Part shown: piece after piece, positions 1 to 9,202 of the stretch
How the letters are laid out: each line of letters begins with the position of its first letter
Position numbering within the stretch: the stretch's first letter is position 1
NCBI GenBank assembly: GCA_018985225.1
Contig: JADGIF010000357.1
Span: 1-10,180 of the forward strand
Origin: Amoeboradix gromovi X-113
Lineage: Eukaryota > Fungi > Sanchytriomycota
Length of the DNA stretch: 10,180 nucleotides
Direction of reading: 5' to 3'
Translations under genes and position numbers: made by a program
Notes under the pieces: generated by a model
The model's input: the letters and a program-made list of their open reading frames with translations, nothing else
What the model was told of the DNA's origin: nothing
The model's database searches: none

Positions 1-84
1 GTGATAGATAGTTTGCTAGCGAATGGTGAGAGACCAGGCTGGCAACAAAGGATCACTGATAAAGTAGTTTCGCCTATTACCTAG
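1..84 (+). CDS. 3' end (partial) of a putative Fanzor/TnpB-family RNA-guided nuclease: VIDSLLANGERPGWQQRITDKVVSPIT*
   Basis: Frame 1 is open to TAG at 82-84 and the frame is preserved in the second copy. The G-x-R-P-x-aromatic-x-x-R tail resembles Fanzor1 C-termini. It is followed by a hairpin and a TIR-type end shared with the CxxC/RD-containing element at 9203-9680. Confidence 0.6.
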   Translation: MIDSLLANGERPGWQQRITDKVVSPIT

Positions 85-182
85 GTGAAGAAATATGGGA
101 CACTGCTGTGAAAATTTCAACTGGGTAAATCTCGTCACCCGCTTTTTACCCCTAGTCTAGTTTTTACAGAGCATGTCCCATA
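1..182 (+). repeat. Left copy of a 182-bp inverted repeat (partner at 9984-10165); right end of a TIR transposon, probably Fanzor-encoding; truncated by the window edge
   Basis: Manual alignment of 1-182 to the reverse complement of 9984-10165 is ungapped with 11 mismatches (positions 4, 39, 63, 79, 105, 115, 129, 139, 152, 153, 160). Similarity stops abruptly after TGTCCCA-TA. Confidence 0.95.
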
Positions 183-197
183 CCAATAAATGACCTT
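94..197 (+). ncRNA. Putative omegaRNA: scaffold hairpin 96-180 plus flank-derived guide from about 181 (TACCAATAAATGACC...)
   Basis: Stems 94-102/174-182, 106-115/160-169, 120-122/154-156 and 123-129/145-151. All 7 differences from the second copy in this stretch are compatible with the structure. It sits directly downstream of the ORF stop and overlaps the element end. RNA boundaries are approximate. Confidence 0.55.
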
Positions 198-464
198 GCA
201 TTTGAATCACATATAGTGAAAATTAATCATTCCTATCTGCAATTCACTCATGATGATCAATATAAATCATTTGTCGTGTTCACAGATAAACAAGCGTAAA
301 CCCTAGAAAATATGAATCTATGAGTATTTCGATTTTGCAATTGTATAATTAAACACGGTTCCATTGATTCTCTTAAACACCTACAAGAGCGCCTCTGGGT
401 GATACTTGGGCCTTTTCGCAAAGCGTGTGTCATGTTTTTTTTTCAGTCCAGTCGTTTCAGGAAG

Positions 465-1046
465 ATGCCAGACTGGGAAAAGTTCTGGAATTCGGACAAC
501 ATTCCATGGGATCAAGGCGACTGCACGCCAGCTTTTAAACATGCGGTGACTAGCGGATATTTCAAAGGTAACGTATTGATACCTGGATGTGGGTATGGAT
601 GGGACGTTTTGTACCTTGCAAAGAACTCAGATTGCAACGTGACTGGTCTAGACCTCTCACCTAGTTGCATCAAAAAGTGCGTCGAGAAACATGGAAGTTC
701 AAAAAATTTCAAATTTGTAGAAGGTGATTTTTTTGCTCAAGCTGTAAATCCGGCACAAGTGAAATACGACAGCGCTTTTGACTATACGTTTTTCTGTGCC
801 ATTGATATTGAAATGAGACCAGCATGGGGCAAGACATATTCTAATTTAATTCATTCCGGTGGCCATTTGATTACCTTGATGTTTCCATTAAAAGAAAAGG
901 TGGAAGTTGGGCCACCACATACTGTTAGTTTAGAAGAATATCAGCAAGCATTGTTAGATTTTACACTGGTCCAAAGAATTAGCGACATTGAAAGTTTCCC
1001 CAATAGAGTTGGATACGAAGAGTTGGCAATTTGGAGAAGAAAATAA
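465..1046 (+). CDS. SAM-dependent methyltransferase, TPMT/thiol-halide (HOL-like) family
   Basis: WEKFW...IPWD, VLIPGCGYGWD (SAM motif I), VTGLDLS, GDFF, FDYTFFCAI, LITLMFP and GPPH motifs. The likely start is ATG 465 (MPDWEKFW) rather than GTG 399. Confidence 0.9.
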   Translation: MPDWEKFWNSDNIPWDQGDCTPAFKHAVTSGYFKGNVLIPGCGYGWDVLYLAKNSDCNVTGLDLSPSCIKKCVEKHGSSKNFKFVEGDFFAQAVNPAQVKYDSAFDYTFFCAIDIEMRPAWGKTYSNLIHSGGHLITLMFPLKEKVEVGPPHTVSLEEYQQALLDFTLVQRISDIESFPNRVGYEELAIWRRK

Positions 1047-1861
1047 ATATGATGTTTGCAACCAATCATTTTGGTATAATAGAGCACCTTCATTTTTAAA
1101 CTGTACTAGAGCCTAGCGGAACAAATTTAACAATAACAAAATTAAATGTTGGTCCTCGTTAAATTTTTGATCTACTGGAAATTAGTAATTTTCAGAGAAA
1201 CCGACAGAGCGACTAGATCAGTTATAGCGGCTACTCAAGCTTCCGTTGTTCTGATGCAGGATTGAAGTAAGATGGATATACTTCAAGTATATGCTGCTTG
1301 CTGCTATATGATGGCAATCGAATTTCAAATGATAATTTATGCATATACAGGTCTCCAAGCCGTTTACAATAGTGTACTGTAACTTGCACAATTACATTCT
1401 ACCTATGTTAGTCCATTATTCATGGATTAGCAGCCAGGTTATCCTGCTTTAACTAACTAAAAAAGTACGAGCAAGAAGGCTATTCAATTTGTAGTATTTA
1501 TGGTTACGATAAACTATTTGTTGAATTAAAATCGATGGCTGCTCCAATTAATACAAACAGCGCGTGCTTTATGAAAATTTACTTACAAATTTTCGCGTAA
1601 CTCAATCCTGTCGTAAGTACTGAAGTGTCCCCTTTAATACTGCTAGTTCTCTATAGCATTAATCAATACTATTAGTGTTAAATTGAAAATATTGCCCCTC
1701 CATCACCATGTTAATAGTTAATTTCAGGTGTTAACGGCCACTGCATTACAAGTGAGATTCAGATTTCGCGTCCGTTTATGCAAAACCAATTGGTCTATTA
1801 AGATGGCTCTCATATACCAATCAAGAAATTCACATATAAACAAGAAACATGAGCCATCTCA

Positions 1862-3094
1862 ATGATTGAGCTATTACTACACACTCTTGTTTCGTGTACT
1901 ACTTCAGTGTCTGTAAATGTAAAAACAGATATGTCATCTACAAGTAGAAGTGTACTATCTACTGAAAACTCAAGCTCATTTGTATCAACATCATATAACA
2001 GCACTCTGTGGGGCTCAGAAATTTCGGAAGACACAAATGTTCCGTCTTTAACTGATTGCGAAAGAGTAGCAATATTGGCAAAAGGGGTTGGAATGGATAA
2101 AGGTCGGCCAGAAAAATGGAATCTTATTCTGCAAGATTGCTGCCAGCAAGGTACTGGGGTTGGTTGCAATAACGGAATTGTTCATGTTATAGATTGGAGC
2201 GGTCTATTCTTGGGCGGAACCATAGTACAAGAAGGGTTACCAAAGAGACTGCTTTATTTGTATTTAGGAATAAGTGTAGCAGACCTTGGTAATGAAAACA
2301 GGTTAACGGGAACCATTCCTCGAGATTTACCTCCATTTCTACAAGGCCTAGACTTATCGCACAATAATCTGTTTGGAACCCTTCCGAATCTTCCAGACAC
2401 ACTGATTGAAGGAATATTTTCTAACAATTTGCTTAACGGAACCTTGCCACAGTACCTTCCCTCAAATATAAATACTTTTTTAATTGACGGGAATCTCATG
2501 TCTGGGCCACTACCAGAGTATTACCCAGACACGCTCACCAAATTCAGCATTGGTTCTAAATATCCTCGGGGAAAAAACAGATTCACAGGTGGTGTATATT
2601 TAAATGCTCCGTTTTCCTTTTATTGTAACTACAATTATGTTACGGACGTTCAGTTTAACGACTTAAGCGCCTTGGACATTTGTGATATTTCAAACACACC
2701 AATGCTTGAGCACGCCGGTGATTCGAGCTTGCAATCCTGCATAGCGACGAATCTTTATTCAGCAAGCAGTTTACCTGTAACTGCAAGCCCCAGAAATGTT
2801 ACAAGGACGGTAAAGCCTAAATCTTCAACCACTACGATTTCAATGCGAACTGGATCACCATCTTCCCGTCGCAGTTCTCTTTCTACGTCACTTAAAGCTA
2901 AAACCATATCAAAAACAACAACCTTGAGTCCTGCAAAACACAAAACAACTAGTATTACCAAGAAGTCAAGCACAACAAAGTCAAAAACTGCTTTAAATTA
3001 TGGCACAAACACAGAAATACTAGAAGAATCGATTGCTGCTCGTTTACAAGTATATCTAGCTGCAAGTGTAGCAGTCTCTCTGATATTTTATTAA
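1862..3094 (+). CDS. Secreted or cell-surface leucine-rich repeat protein with a Ser/Thr-rich stalk and hydrophobic C-terminus
   Basis: Hydrophobic N-terminus and a Cys-containing cap (DCC...GVGC...IDWSGLFLGGTI). Plant-like LRRs (NRLTGTIP, LDLSHNNLFGTLP, NNLLNGTLP, GNLMSGPLP) are followed by an S/T/K-rich region and the C-terminal VYLAASVAVSLIFY. Confidence 0.85.
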   Translation: MIELLLHTLVSCTTSVSVNVKTDMSSTSRSVLSTENSSSFVSTSYNSTLWGSEISEDTNVPSLTDCERVAILAKGVGMDKGRPEKWNLILQDCCQQGTGVGCNNGIVHVIDWSGLFLGGTIVQEGLPKRLLYLYLGISVADLGNENRLTGTIPRDLPPFLQGLDLSHNNLFGTLPNLPDTLIEGIFSNNLLNGTLPQYLPSNINTFLIDGNLMSGPLPEYYPDTLTKFSIGSKYPRGKNRFTGGVYLNAPFSFYCNYNYVTDVQFNDLSALDICDISNTPMLEHAGDSSLQSCIATNLYSASSLPVTASPRNVTRTVKPKSSTTTISMRTGSPSSRRSSLSTSLKAKTISKTTTLSPAKHKTTSITKKSSTTKSKTALNYGTNTEILEESIAARLQVYLAASVAVSLIFY

Positions 3095-3132
3095 TTGAAT
3101 AAATAGCATCTTACAGCATTTATTAAACAAAC

Positions 3133-4032
3133 TTACACCTCTTCTGATAAGTTACTATTTCTGCTAATTGTAAAGTCTAAACTCTGGAAATTCCAGTTTC
3201 CACCGCTTGCACTTTGCGATCTGCCTATCGGTATAAAAGACTCTCTTATTTGCCTCAATTTGACTTGCTTTAATATCAAGTATACGATGCAATTTAGAAA
3301 GCCTTGCAATGGCAATGTCAGCGCTTGTAACACGGTTAACATATAGACCTGTTGCCCTGTGATTAATTGCACAATTCTGGTGATGCTGCTAGGTCCAAAG
3401 CTGAATATAAATGCCACAACATACAATAATTGCCGCTGTCCACTCCGCATTAGGTTTTTATTTTTAGGAAATTTGCCTGTCAGCGATCGAATGTACCACA
3501 TAACCATTAAGCTTACAATTATGTTGAAAAAGACACTAAAAAATACAAATGCATAAAATGTGCCAAATCTTAACCCTATATACTGGGCGCGATACCAGCA
3601 CCACGCACCAACAACTCCAAAGGCGTCTTGATACACAGCCACCGTATTACCAATTATAGGAATACCCCAAGCAACTATATGGTAAATATACTCCAGTTTA
3701 TTTGCCTTGTCTCTATGCATGTTGAACACAACTCGGAGCAAAACATTCATAACAAAACAGCAATTCCACAAAGGGCCACTTACAGCCATTTCTACAAAAA
3801 CACCCTGAATCATACAACCAACAGGAGATGCGAATACAAATTCACCAATAAAAAAGTTTATACTCCCCACGATATCCAAGGCGCTCATGTATAGAATGAT
3901 CCGGTTGCTCAAGTTACTTTGGTATACGTTGTTACTTTTTAGAAATCTGAAAACTAGAAATATGCTCCCTATTATTGACAAAGTGCTAGAGACTTTAGTT
4001 ATGGCGTTCAGGGTTGGGTCATGTTCAACCAT
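3133..4032 (-). CDS. 7-TM G-protein-coupled receptor, cAMP-receptor-like (Dicty_CAR/Git3 class)
   Basis: Seven hydrophobic segments with SSTLSIIGS, NRIILYMSALD, GCMIQG, YHIVAWGIP, GAWCW and PLQGFLNCIVY. The likely start is MVEHDP at 4032; the ORF is open from 4143. Confidence 0.88.
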   Translation of the reverse strand: MVEHDPTLNAITKVSSTLSIIGSIFLVFRFLKSNNVYQSNLSNRIILYMSALDIVGSINFFIGEFVFASPVGCMIQGVFVEMAVSGPLWNCCFVMNVLLRVVFNMHRDKANKLEYIYHIVAWGIPIIGNTVAVYQDAFGVVGAWCWYRAQYIGLRFGTFYAFVFFSVFFNIIVSLMVMWYIRSLTGKFPKNKNLMRSGQRQLLYVVAFIFSFGPSSITRIVQLITGQQVYMLTVLQALTLPLQGFLNCIVYLILKQVKLRQIRESFIPIGRSQSASGGNWNFQSLDFTISRNSNLSEEV

Positions 4033-4261
4033 TTTATGATTCTTGAGTAGTTTTAAGTTATATATATTTGGGGTAGACGTTGCTGTTCGTCTGATGAGTC
4101 TGCCACGCGGGTGATTAGTCAAGTGCCTTATGGAACCATACATTCACATTTTTTAGAACTATGCCGTATGTGTATCAACATGTAAGGTATGTAAGGGAAT
4201 CAGTGAAAGAGCCATTCTAGATACGTAAGTACTAGATTTAATGATTTGTATCATCGAAACA

Positions 4262-5449
4262 ATGTTTAAACGTTTCGCTTCAAAATTCAATTATAAAGAT
4301 GCATTTATAATGGACAAATTGTTGACTAATGAAGAGAAGCAGATTTACGAGAGCGCTCAAAAGTACAAATCCCAGTTGTTTAAACGGGTGGTGAACGGAA
4401 ACAGAAATGAAAAGTTTGACCGTCAAATAATGACTGAAATGGGTGAGTTAGGTTTCCTAGGATGTACGATATCGGGTTATAATTGCAGTGGTGTTTCCAG
4501 TGTAGCGTATGGTTTGATAGCTAATCAAGTAGAATATGTGGATAGTGGCTATAGATCAGCGATGAGTGTTCAGAGCAGCTTAGTAATGCACCCGATCAAT
4601 GAGTTTGGTACTGAAGCACTGAAGTCCAAATATCTGCCACAGTTAGCTGCTGGTACAATGGTCGGGTGCTTCGGATTAACTGAACCTGACTTTGGTTCCG
4701 ACCCGAGTTCTATGAAAACAGTGGCTAAAGAAGTAGATGGTGGATACGTGTTAAACGGAAGTAAAAACTGGATAACAAACTCTCCTATTGCTGATATTTG
4801 TGTAGTTTGGGCCAAATGTCAATGGGATAATAAGATTCGTGGGTTTATAGTGGAACGTAGTGACAAGGGCCTAGAAACTCCTAAAATTGAGGGCAAGTTT
4901 TCATTAAGAGCGTCAACAACAGGCATGATTATGCTTGATAATTGCTTCATTCCTTCTGAGCGTATTTTAAGTGTGGAAGGCTTGAAAGGACCATTTTCTT
5001 GCTTGAATAATGCAAGATTTGGCATTGCTTGGGGTGCCCTTGGTGCTGCCCAAGCTTGTGTTGATGTTGCATTAAACTATTGTCTAGAAAGAAGACAATT
5101 TGGGGTGCCTCTGGCATCTTTTCAGTTAATACAAAAAAAATTAGCGGATGCAGTTACTGAAATAAATCTAGGGTTATTAGGATGTTTGCAAGGTGCAAGG
5201 TTAAAAGATACCAAGGAATTGCCGTTGGAAACAATTAGCTTACTTAAGAGAAACTCATGTGGAAAGGCATTAGTAATTGCTAGAGATTGCAGAGATATGT
5301 TGGGTGGAAATGGAATTAGCGATGAGTACCACATCATTAGACATGTTATGAATTTAGAAGCAGTAAACACTTACGAAGGAACCCATGACATCCATGCTCT
5401 AATTTTAGGGCGGGGAATTACAGGGATTCAAGCATTTTCTAAACAATAA
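4262..5449 (+). CDS. GCDH: Glutaryl-CoA dehydrogenase, mitochondrial
   Basis: [46 protein letters not shown] and [25 protein letters not shown]. The likely start MFKRFASK at 4262 looks like a short presequence; the ORF is open from 4241. Confidence 0.95.
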   Translation: MFKRFASKFNYKDAFIMDKLLTNEEKQIYESAQKYKSQLFKRVVNGNRNEKFDRQIMTEMGELGFLGCTISGYNCSGVSSVAYGLIANQVEYVDSGYRSAMSVQSSLVMHPINEFGTEALKSKYLPQLAAGTMVGCFGLTEPDFGSDPSSMKTVAKEVDGGYVLNGSKNWITNSPIADICVVWAKCQWDNKIRGFIVERSDKGLETPKIEGKFSLRASTTGMIMLDNCFIPSERILSVEGLKGPFSCLNNARFGIAWGALGAAQACVDVALNYCLERRQFGVPLASFQLIQKKLADAVTEINLGLLGCLQGARLKDTKELPLETISLLKRNSCGKALVIARDCRDMLGGNGISDEYHIIRHVMNLEAVNTYEGTHDIHALILGRGITGIQAFSKQ

Positions 5450-5558
5450 ACAATCAAGTTCTGTGTTTAAACTCTTTTAATGGTAGACATCTAATAGCCC
5501 GATTTCTCTTTTGCTCTTGATACTTCCTGTTACTCGTCCTTTCTACCTTTTGTAGAGC

Positions 5559-6588
5559 ATGTTCCGTGTGCTTTCTTGGTGGACGTTTTTAAATAAAAAG
5601 CCACACTATAGTTCTTTAATGAAGAAGCTAAAAAACAATGTAGTGAACCCATTGACTGGTGAAAATATTGAGATCGCTGATGAATTAAGAGAAGAACAAT
5701 CTAAAGGAGAGAGTGTTCACGCTGCAAGTGCAGATAACCAGTTATACCAAAAACTGGAGCATGCAGTACTTAGGTGGTTGAATTCCATTTTCAACTCACA
5801 AGGAATTATAGTTAGAAATATTGGTGAAGAATGCAACGACGGTATATTGCTGGGACGGGTTTTGAATAAAGTTTTTAAGACTCCGTATAATCCAGCTGCG
5901 GTTTTAACAGATGGTAATAGAAGACAAAATATTGAAGATTTATTTGTTGTGTTGAGGGATGTTCACGGAATTCAAGAATGTGATGATTACAACCAAGAAT
6001 GTATTTTATGTTTATATAGTATTATATGAATCCAGTGGAGTAGCAGTTATTTCATTACTATGCGATTTATTTAGAAAGCTAGCTAATCCACCATTCGAAA
6101 TGCCAAGTCAGGATATTGAAGTTGCAGTTATTCGTAAGGAAAAGGTTAATGGCATATCTACTGCAAGAACCAAAAAAATCGTAATAAAGGCGTGGGACAA
6201 AAAAGCTGCTGTAGAGGATAAAAAGATGTATCTTGAAGACGAGATAATTTATAAAATGTACTCTTATGCTCCAAATGAGTTTAGAAGGCTGCAGTCCTTG
6301 ATAGTACAACTAGTTAATGTTATGCTTGATGAATCATCAGTCGCCACAATTATGGACTTAAAAGATCCTCTTATACTTGAAGCAATTCTAAACATTATCG
6401 TAATTAAAACTTCAAATATTAAACCTGATTTTAAAGAAAAAGACCCTTGGAAGCGTGTTGTACATCTATGGAAACCTTATCTAAATGACCATTTTGACGA
6501 GTCTAATGGTCTCAACGAGTACACATTAACAAAATGGATGTATTATACCATCAATAAGTATCAGTTTATAAAATCTAAAAAACAATAA
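5559..6588 (+). CDS. Parvin-like calponin-homology protein; two exons (5559-6000 and 6020-6588) joined by a 19-nt intron
   Basis: KLEHAVLRWLNSIF...IIVRNIGEECNDGILLGRVLNKV resembles parvin CH1. IEVAVIRKEKVNG and YKMYSYAPNEF...LIVQLVN resemble the parvin linker and CH2 start. Removing GT..AG 6001-6019 fuses the two listed ORFs in frame. The start could be 5559 or 5619. Confidence 0.75.
6001..6019 (+). other. Putative 19-nt spliceosomal intron GTATTTTATGTTTATATAG
   Basis: GT..AG ends, AT-rich, and located within the overlap where the frame changes. The spliced product reads ...YNQE-L-LYESSGVAVISLL... Confidence 0.7.
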
Positions 6589-6614
6589 AGATAGCTATCA
6601 TGACTAAAGTATAT

Positions 6615-8558
6615 TTACTCTTGCTGCCATTTGTAATTCACTACAATATCATCTGCTCTTTCTTCATTCAATTTCAGTTTCCCTAAATTGGTAGTGGATT
6701 GAATTCTACTTAATGCTGGACTCACTGACTTACCAATATTTGGTAGTGCATCGTCTGGTATTGTTAATCCGTAATGTCGCTTTAGTGCCAATCTTCTTGC
6801 TTTTTGGTACTCAATGCCCAATACTTTCCAATCCAATAAATCACTCAATCGCTCCGTTCTGTTTCTTAACTGAATTCTTTCTCTTCTTGATAATTTGCAG
6901 AAGTGCATCATGTGTTTAACAATTTCTTCAATACTTTCATCGACTGATTTCATTCTTCTGTCTACAATAAAAATTCCATACTCGTGCGTGTCTTTAATAA
7001 TCTCATCCATATAACATCCGAACCCACTTAGGTTAGTAGTTATACTGGGTACGCCTAATACGGTACATTCTGCGGGTGTATATCCCCAAGGTTCGTAATA
7101 AGATGGAAATACACCTAGATGGCAGCCTCGAACAAACTCTTCATACTCTATAGGAAACAACGGGCTATTGGCACTTAAAAACTCTGGGTGAAAGACTATC
7201 TTCACTCTGTCGTGGCTAGAGTTGAAAAGCTGTAATCTTCGAATGTCTTGTAGAACTGGATCATCACTAGAATCTGTCATATTATGGGTAACCACTGCAG
7301 GTGGAAGATCTCTCTTTAATGCCAGCACTCTTCTTTTTAATTGAATCTTTTCTTCTTTAGTTAACAAGTCCACTGTTGGCTGAATTCCTTTTAAACACAT
7401 TTCATATAATCTTTTGCCAATTTTCTGCTGTACATCTTCAACAGTAGCTTGCAATTGCTTGACCACTGCCTGACCTTTCATACTATCAACTGTGTAGCTC
7501 TGGTTACTTGCATGTGTGATAATAAAAGCAACAACTGTCATTTTAGATTTACTCTCTTTTAATCTCCAATTCAACCTAGCCAGTGATTCCAAATACATGT
7601 CAATGCCTTTGTTACGGTATTCGTATCTACCAGCGGTAAAGAAATACAGCGTATTGTCCAAATCAAAGTCTAAATGTCCATAGAAGTGGCCTCTGACAAA
7701 ATTGCTAATCTTCTCTTTGGCTTGCGCATGAAGGTTTTGAAATTCGTGTACAGCGGCAAATTTAGTGACATTTAATCCGTTGGGTGTTACACCATCGGGT
7801 TTTCGCTTTAAGAGCGATTCTGCTTCATATGCCGTTATGTGACTTACAGTCGTGAAAACATCAGCATTATGAGCTGCCCCTCGTTCAATACAATAGCGAT
7901 GATATATCTGACGCTGTCCAGCTTCTTTATCTACATCAAATGACTTCAAGTTATTATAAAAATCAGTTTCACCCGCACAGAGATATCTGCCCAACAGCGT
8001 TGCATGCGTAGTAAATATTGTGGCAATATTAAGATTCCAGGATCTGATAAGTGGTAAGCAAACGCCGCCCAGCCATTCGTGAGCGTGAACAACTACAGGG
8101 TTAGATTTTTGACGAGATACATACTCAGATACGAACCAAGCGACAACAAACCCAAACACAGTAGCGTTGTTTTGTTCCGTATCCTCGTCATAACTAGGTA
8201 CTTTGCAAACTTCCCATAATTCCTTTTTCCACTCTGGTAGTTTGTACCACAAACTACCCAAGTCAAACAAAATGACATAAGGGCTTCCTTCAATTAGCCA
8301 TCTACCAGTTAATACATTTAACCCTTCGTTTTTCAACACTTCCAAGCTCTCCTTAATAAATGGACCAAGTAGCGAGGCATCAACAGGTTCTACCTCAACA
8401 CTAGCATGCTTCTGGTTTAACATACCAAGCATGATATATTTACCTGGATAATAAGCAGAAGTAGTGGCTGCCTTTGTCCTGATAACAGTGTAAATTCCTC
8501 CTACCTTGTTGGCTACTTCATGTGAGACCTCAAATAGTTGTGTATCTTCAATTTTCAT
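6615..8558 (-). CDS. GSY: Glycogen synthase (GT3, fungal/animal type)
   Basis: EVANKVGGIYTV, HAHEW, FTTHATLLGR, AGRYEYRNKG, catalytic YYEPWGYTPAE and the Arg cluster SRRERIQLRNRTERLSDLLDW. Confidence 0.97.
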   Translation of the reverse strand: MKIEDTQLFEVSHEVANKVGGIYTVIRTKAATTSAYYPGKYIMLGMLNQKHASVEVEPVDASLLGPFIKESLEVLKNEGLNVLTGRWLIEGSPYVILFDLGSLWYKLPEWKKELWEVCKVPSYDEDTEQNNATVFGFVVAWFVSEYVSRQKSNPVVVHAHEWLGGVCLPLIRSWNLNIATIFTTHATLLGRYLCAGETDFYNNLKSFDVDKEAGQRQIYHRYCIERGAAHNADVFTTVSHITAYEAESLLKRKPDGVTPNGLNVTKFAAVHEFQNLHAQAKEKISNFVRGHFYGHLDFDLDNTLYFFTAGRYEYRNKGIDMYLESLARLNWRLKESKSKMTVVAFIITHASNQSYTVDSMKGQAVVKQLQATVEDVQQKIGKRLYEMCLKGIQPTVDLLTKEEKIQLKRRVLALKRDLPPAVVTHNMTDSSDDPVLQDIRRLQLFNSSHDRVKIVFHPEFLSANSPLFPIEYEEFVRGCHLGVFPSYYEPWGYTPAECTVLGVPSITTNLSGFGCYMDEIIKDTHEYGIFIVDRRMKSVDESIEEIVKHMMHFCKLSRRERIQLRNRTERLSDLLDWKVLGIEYQKARRLALKRHYGLTIPDDALPNIGKSVSPALSRIQSTTNLGKLKLNEERADDIVVNYKWQQE

Positions 8559-9202
8559 ACGGAGTGTTTATGATGCCACTCGGAAAAACTCTAAAATTTA
8601 TAGACACTTGGACATGTTCTGTTAAAATTAGAGTGAGAGTAAGCCGATAAAAATAAGGATGCTGTGTGCACTGCAAACCGAAAATTGCAGTATGTGAATC
8701 CTGCTAGGCCACTGCACTAACTCTTGAACCATTAATAACACCAGCAAACTCGGAAAAGGTGATGAATTCAATCAACCGCGTATTTCTAACGCTCTCTTCC
8801 GCCTCAAAGACTATTATCCTGGATCACTGTAATTAAATACGTCTGAGTTGGAGGGTATTGACTGCTTCAATATAATCAGAACAGCCGTATAAAAAGTTCT
8901 ATTACTATATTTGGTTCTTTTCTACGTAGTTCGTCTTTGATGTGTAGTGGTCTTGACAGCTTCCTCTTTTGACACTTCAGTAGATAGATAACAACTTACT
9001 GAAATTTATAACCGTCTTTACACAAATTCAGAATAACAATCGTGTTCATTTTCCTTTGCATACCAAGGGTTACTGAAATACACAGCCCATACTCAAGCAC
9101 TAAAAAGTATAAATAAATTTACTAACGCTAGTCTTACAAAATCTATCGATTTGAATACTTTTTCAAGTCTTCATGTCAGGTGTGACATCTTAATTTTACA
9201 AT

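Noticed and set aside
50-75. Hammerhead ribozyme or snRNA similarity (CTGAT.../GATCAC)
   Set aside because: The hammerhead core elements are not in the right order on one strand, there is no U1 5' end or Sm site, and the stretch reads as coding.
94-182. Stand-alone TA-flanked MITE (TA-TGGGACA...TGTCCCA-TA)
   Set aside because: Similarity between the copies continues through 1-93, and the 5' arm pairs imperfectly with G-U and bulges, unlike the true left TIR at 9203. An internal RNA hairpin explains it better, although a nested MITE is not strictly excluded.
192-201. GACCTTGCAT shared with 9512-9521
   Set aside because: A 10-nt match without clean extension, within chance expectation.
6833-6841. 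CCAATAAAT match between the left predicted guide and the glycogen synthase region
   Set aside because: Only 9 AT-rich nucleotides, expected by chance.
512-8293. Short alternative ORFs in the track (512-712, 1810-2169, 2187-2402, 2254-2499, 2755-2973, 3359-3556, 3628-3894, 4570-4815, 4819-5025, 5122-5370, 6079-6309, 6713-6919, 8093-8293)
   Set aside because: They are antisense or out-of-frame shadows of well-supported genes and have no recognisable motifs.
8559-9199. Possible hidden gene upstream of glycogen synthase
   Set aside because: Only short open stretches with no recognisable motif in the frames I examined; a gene split by tiny introns cannot be fully excluded.
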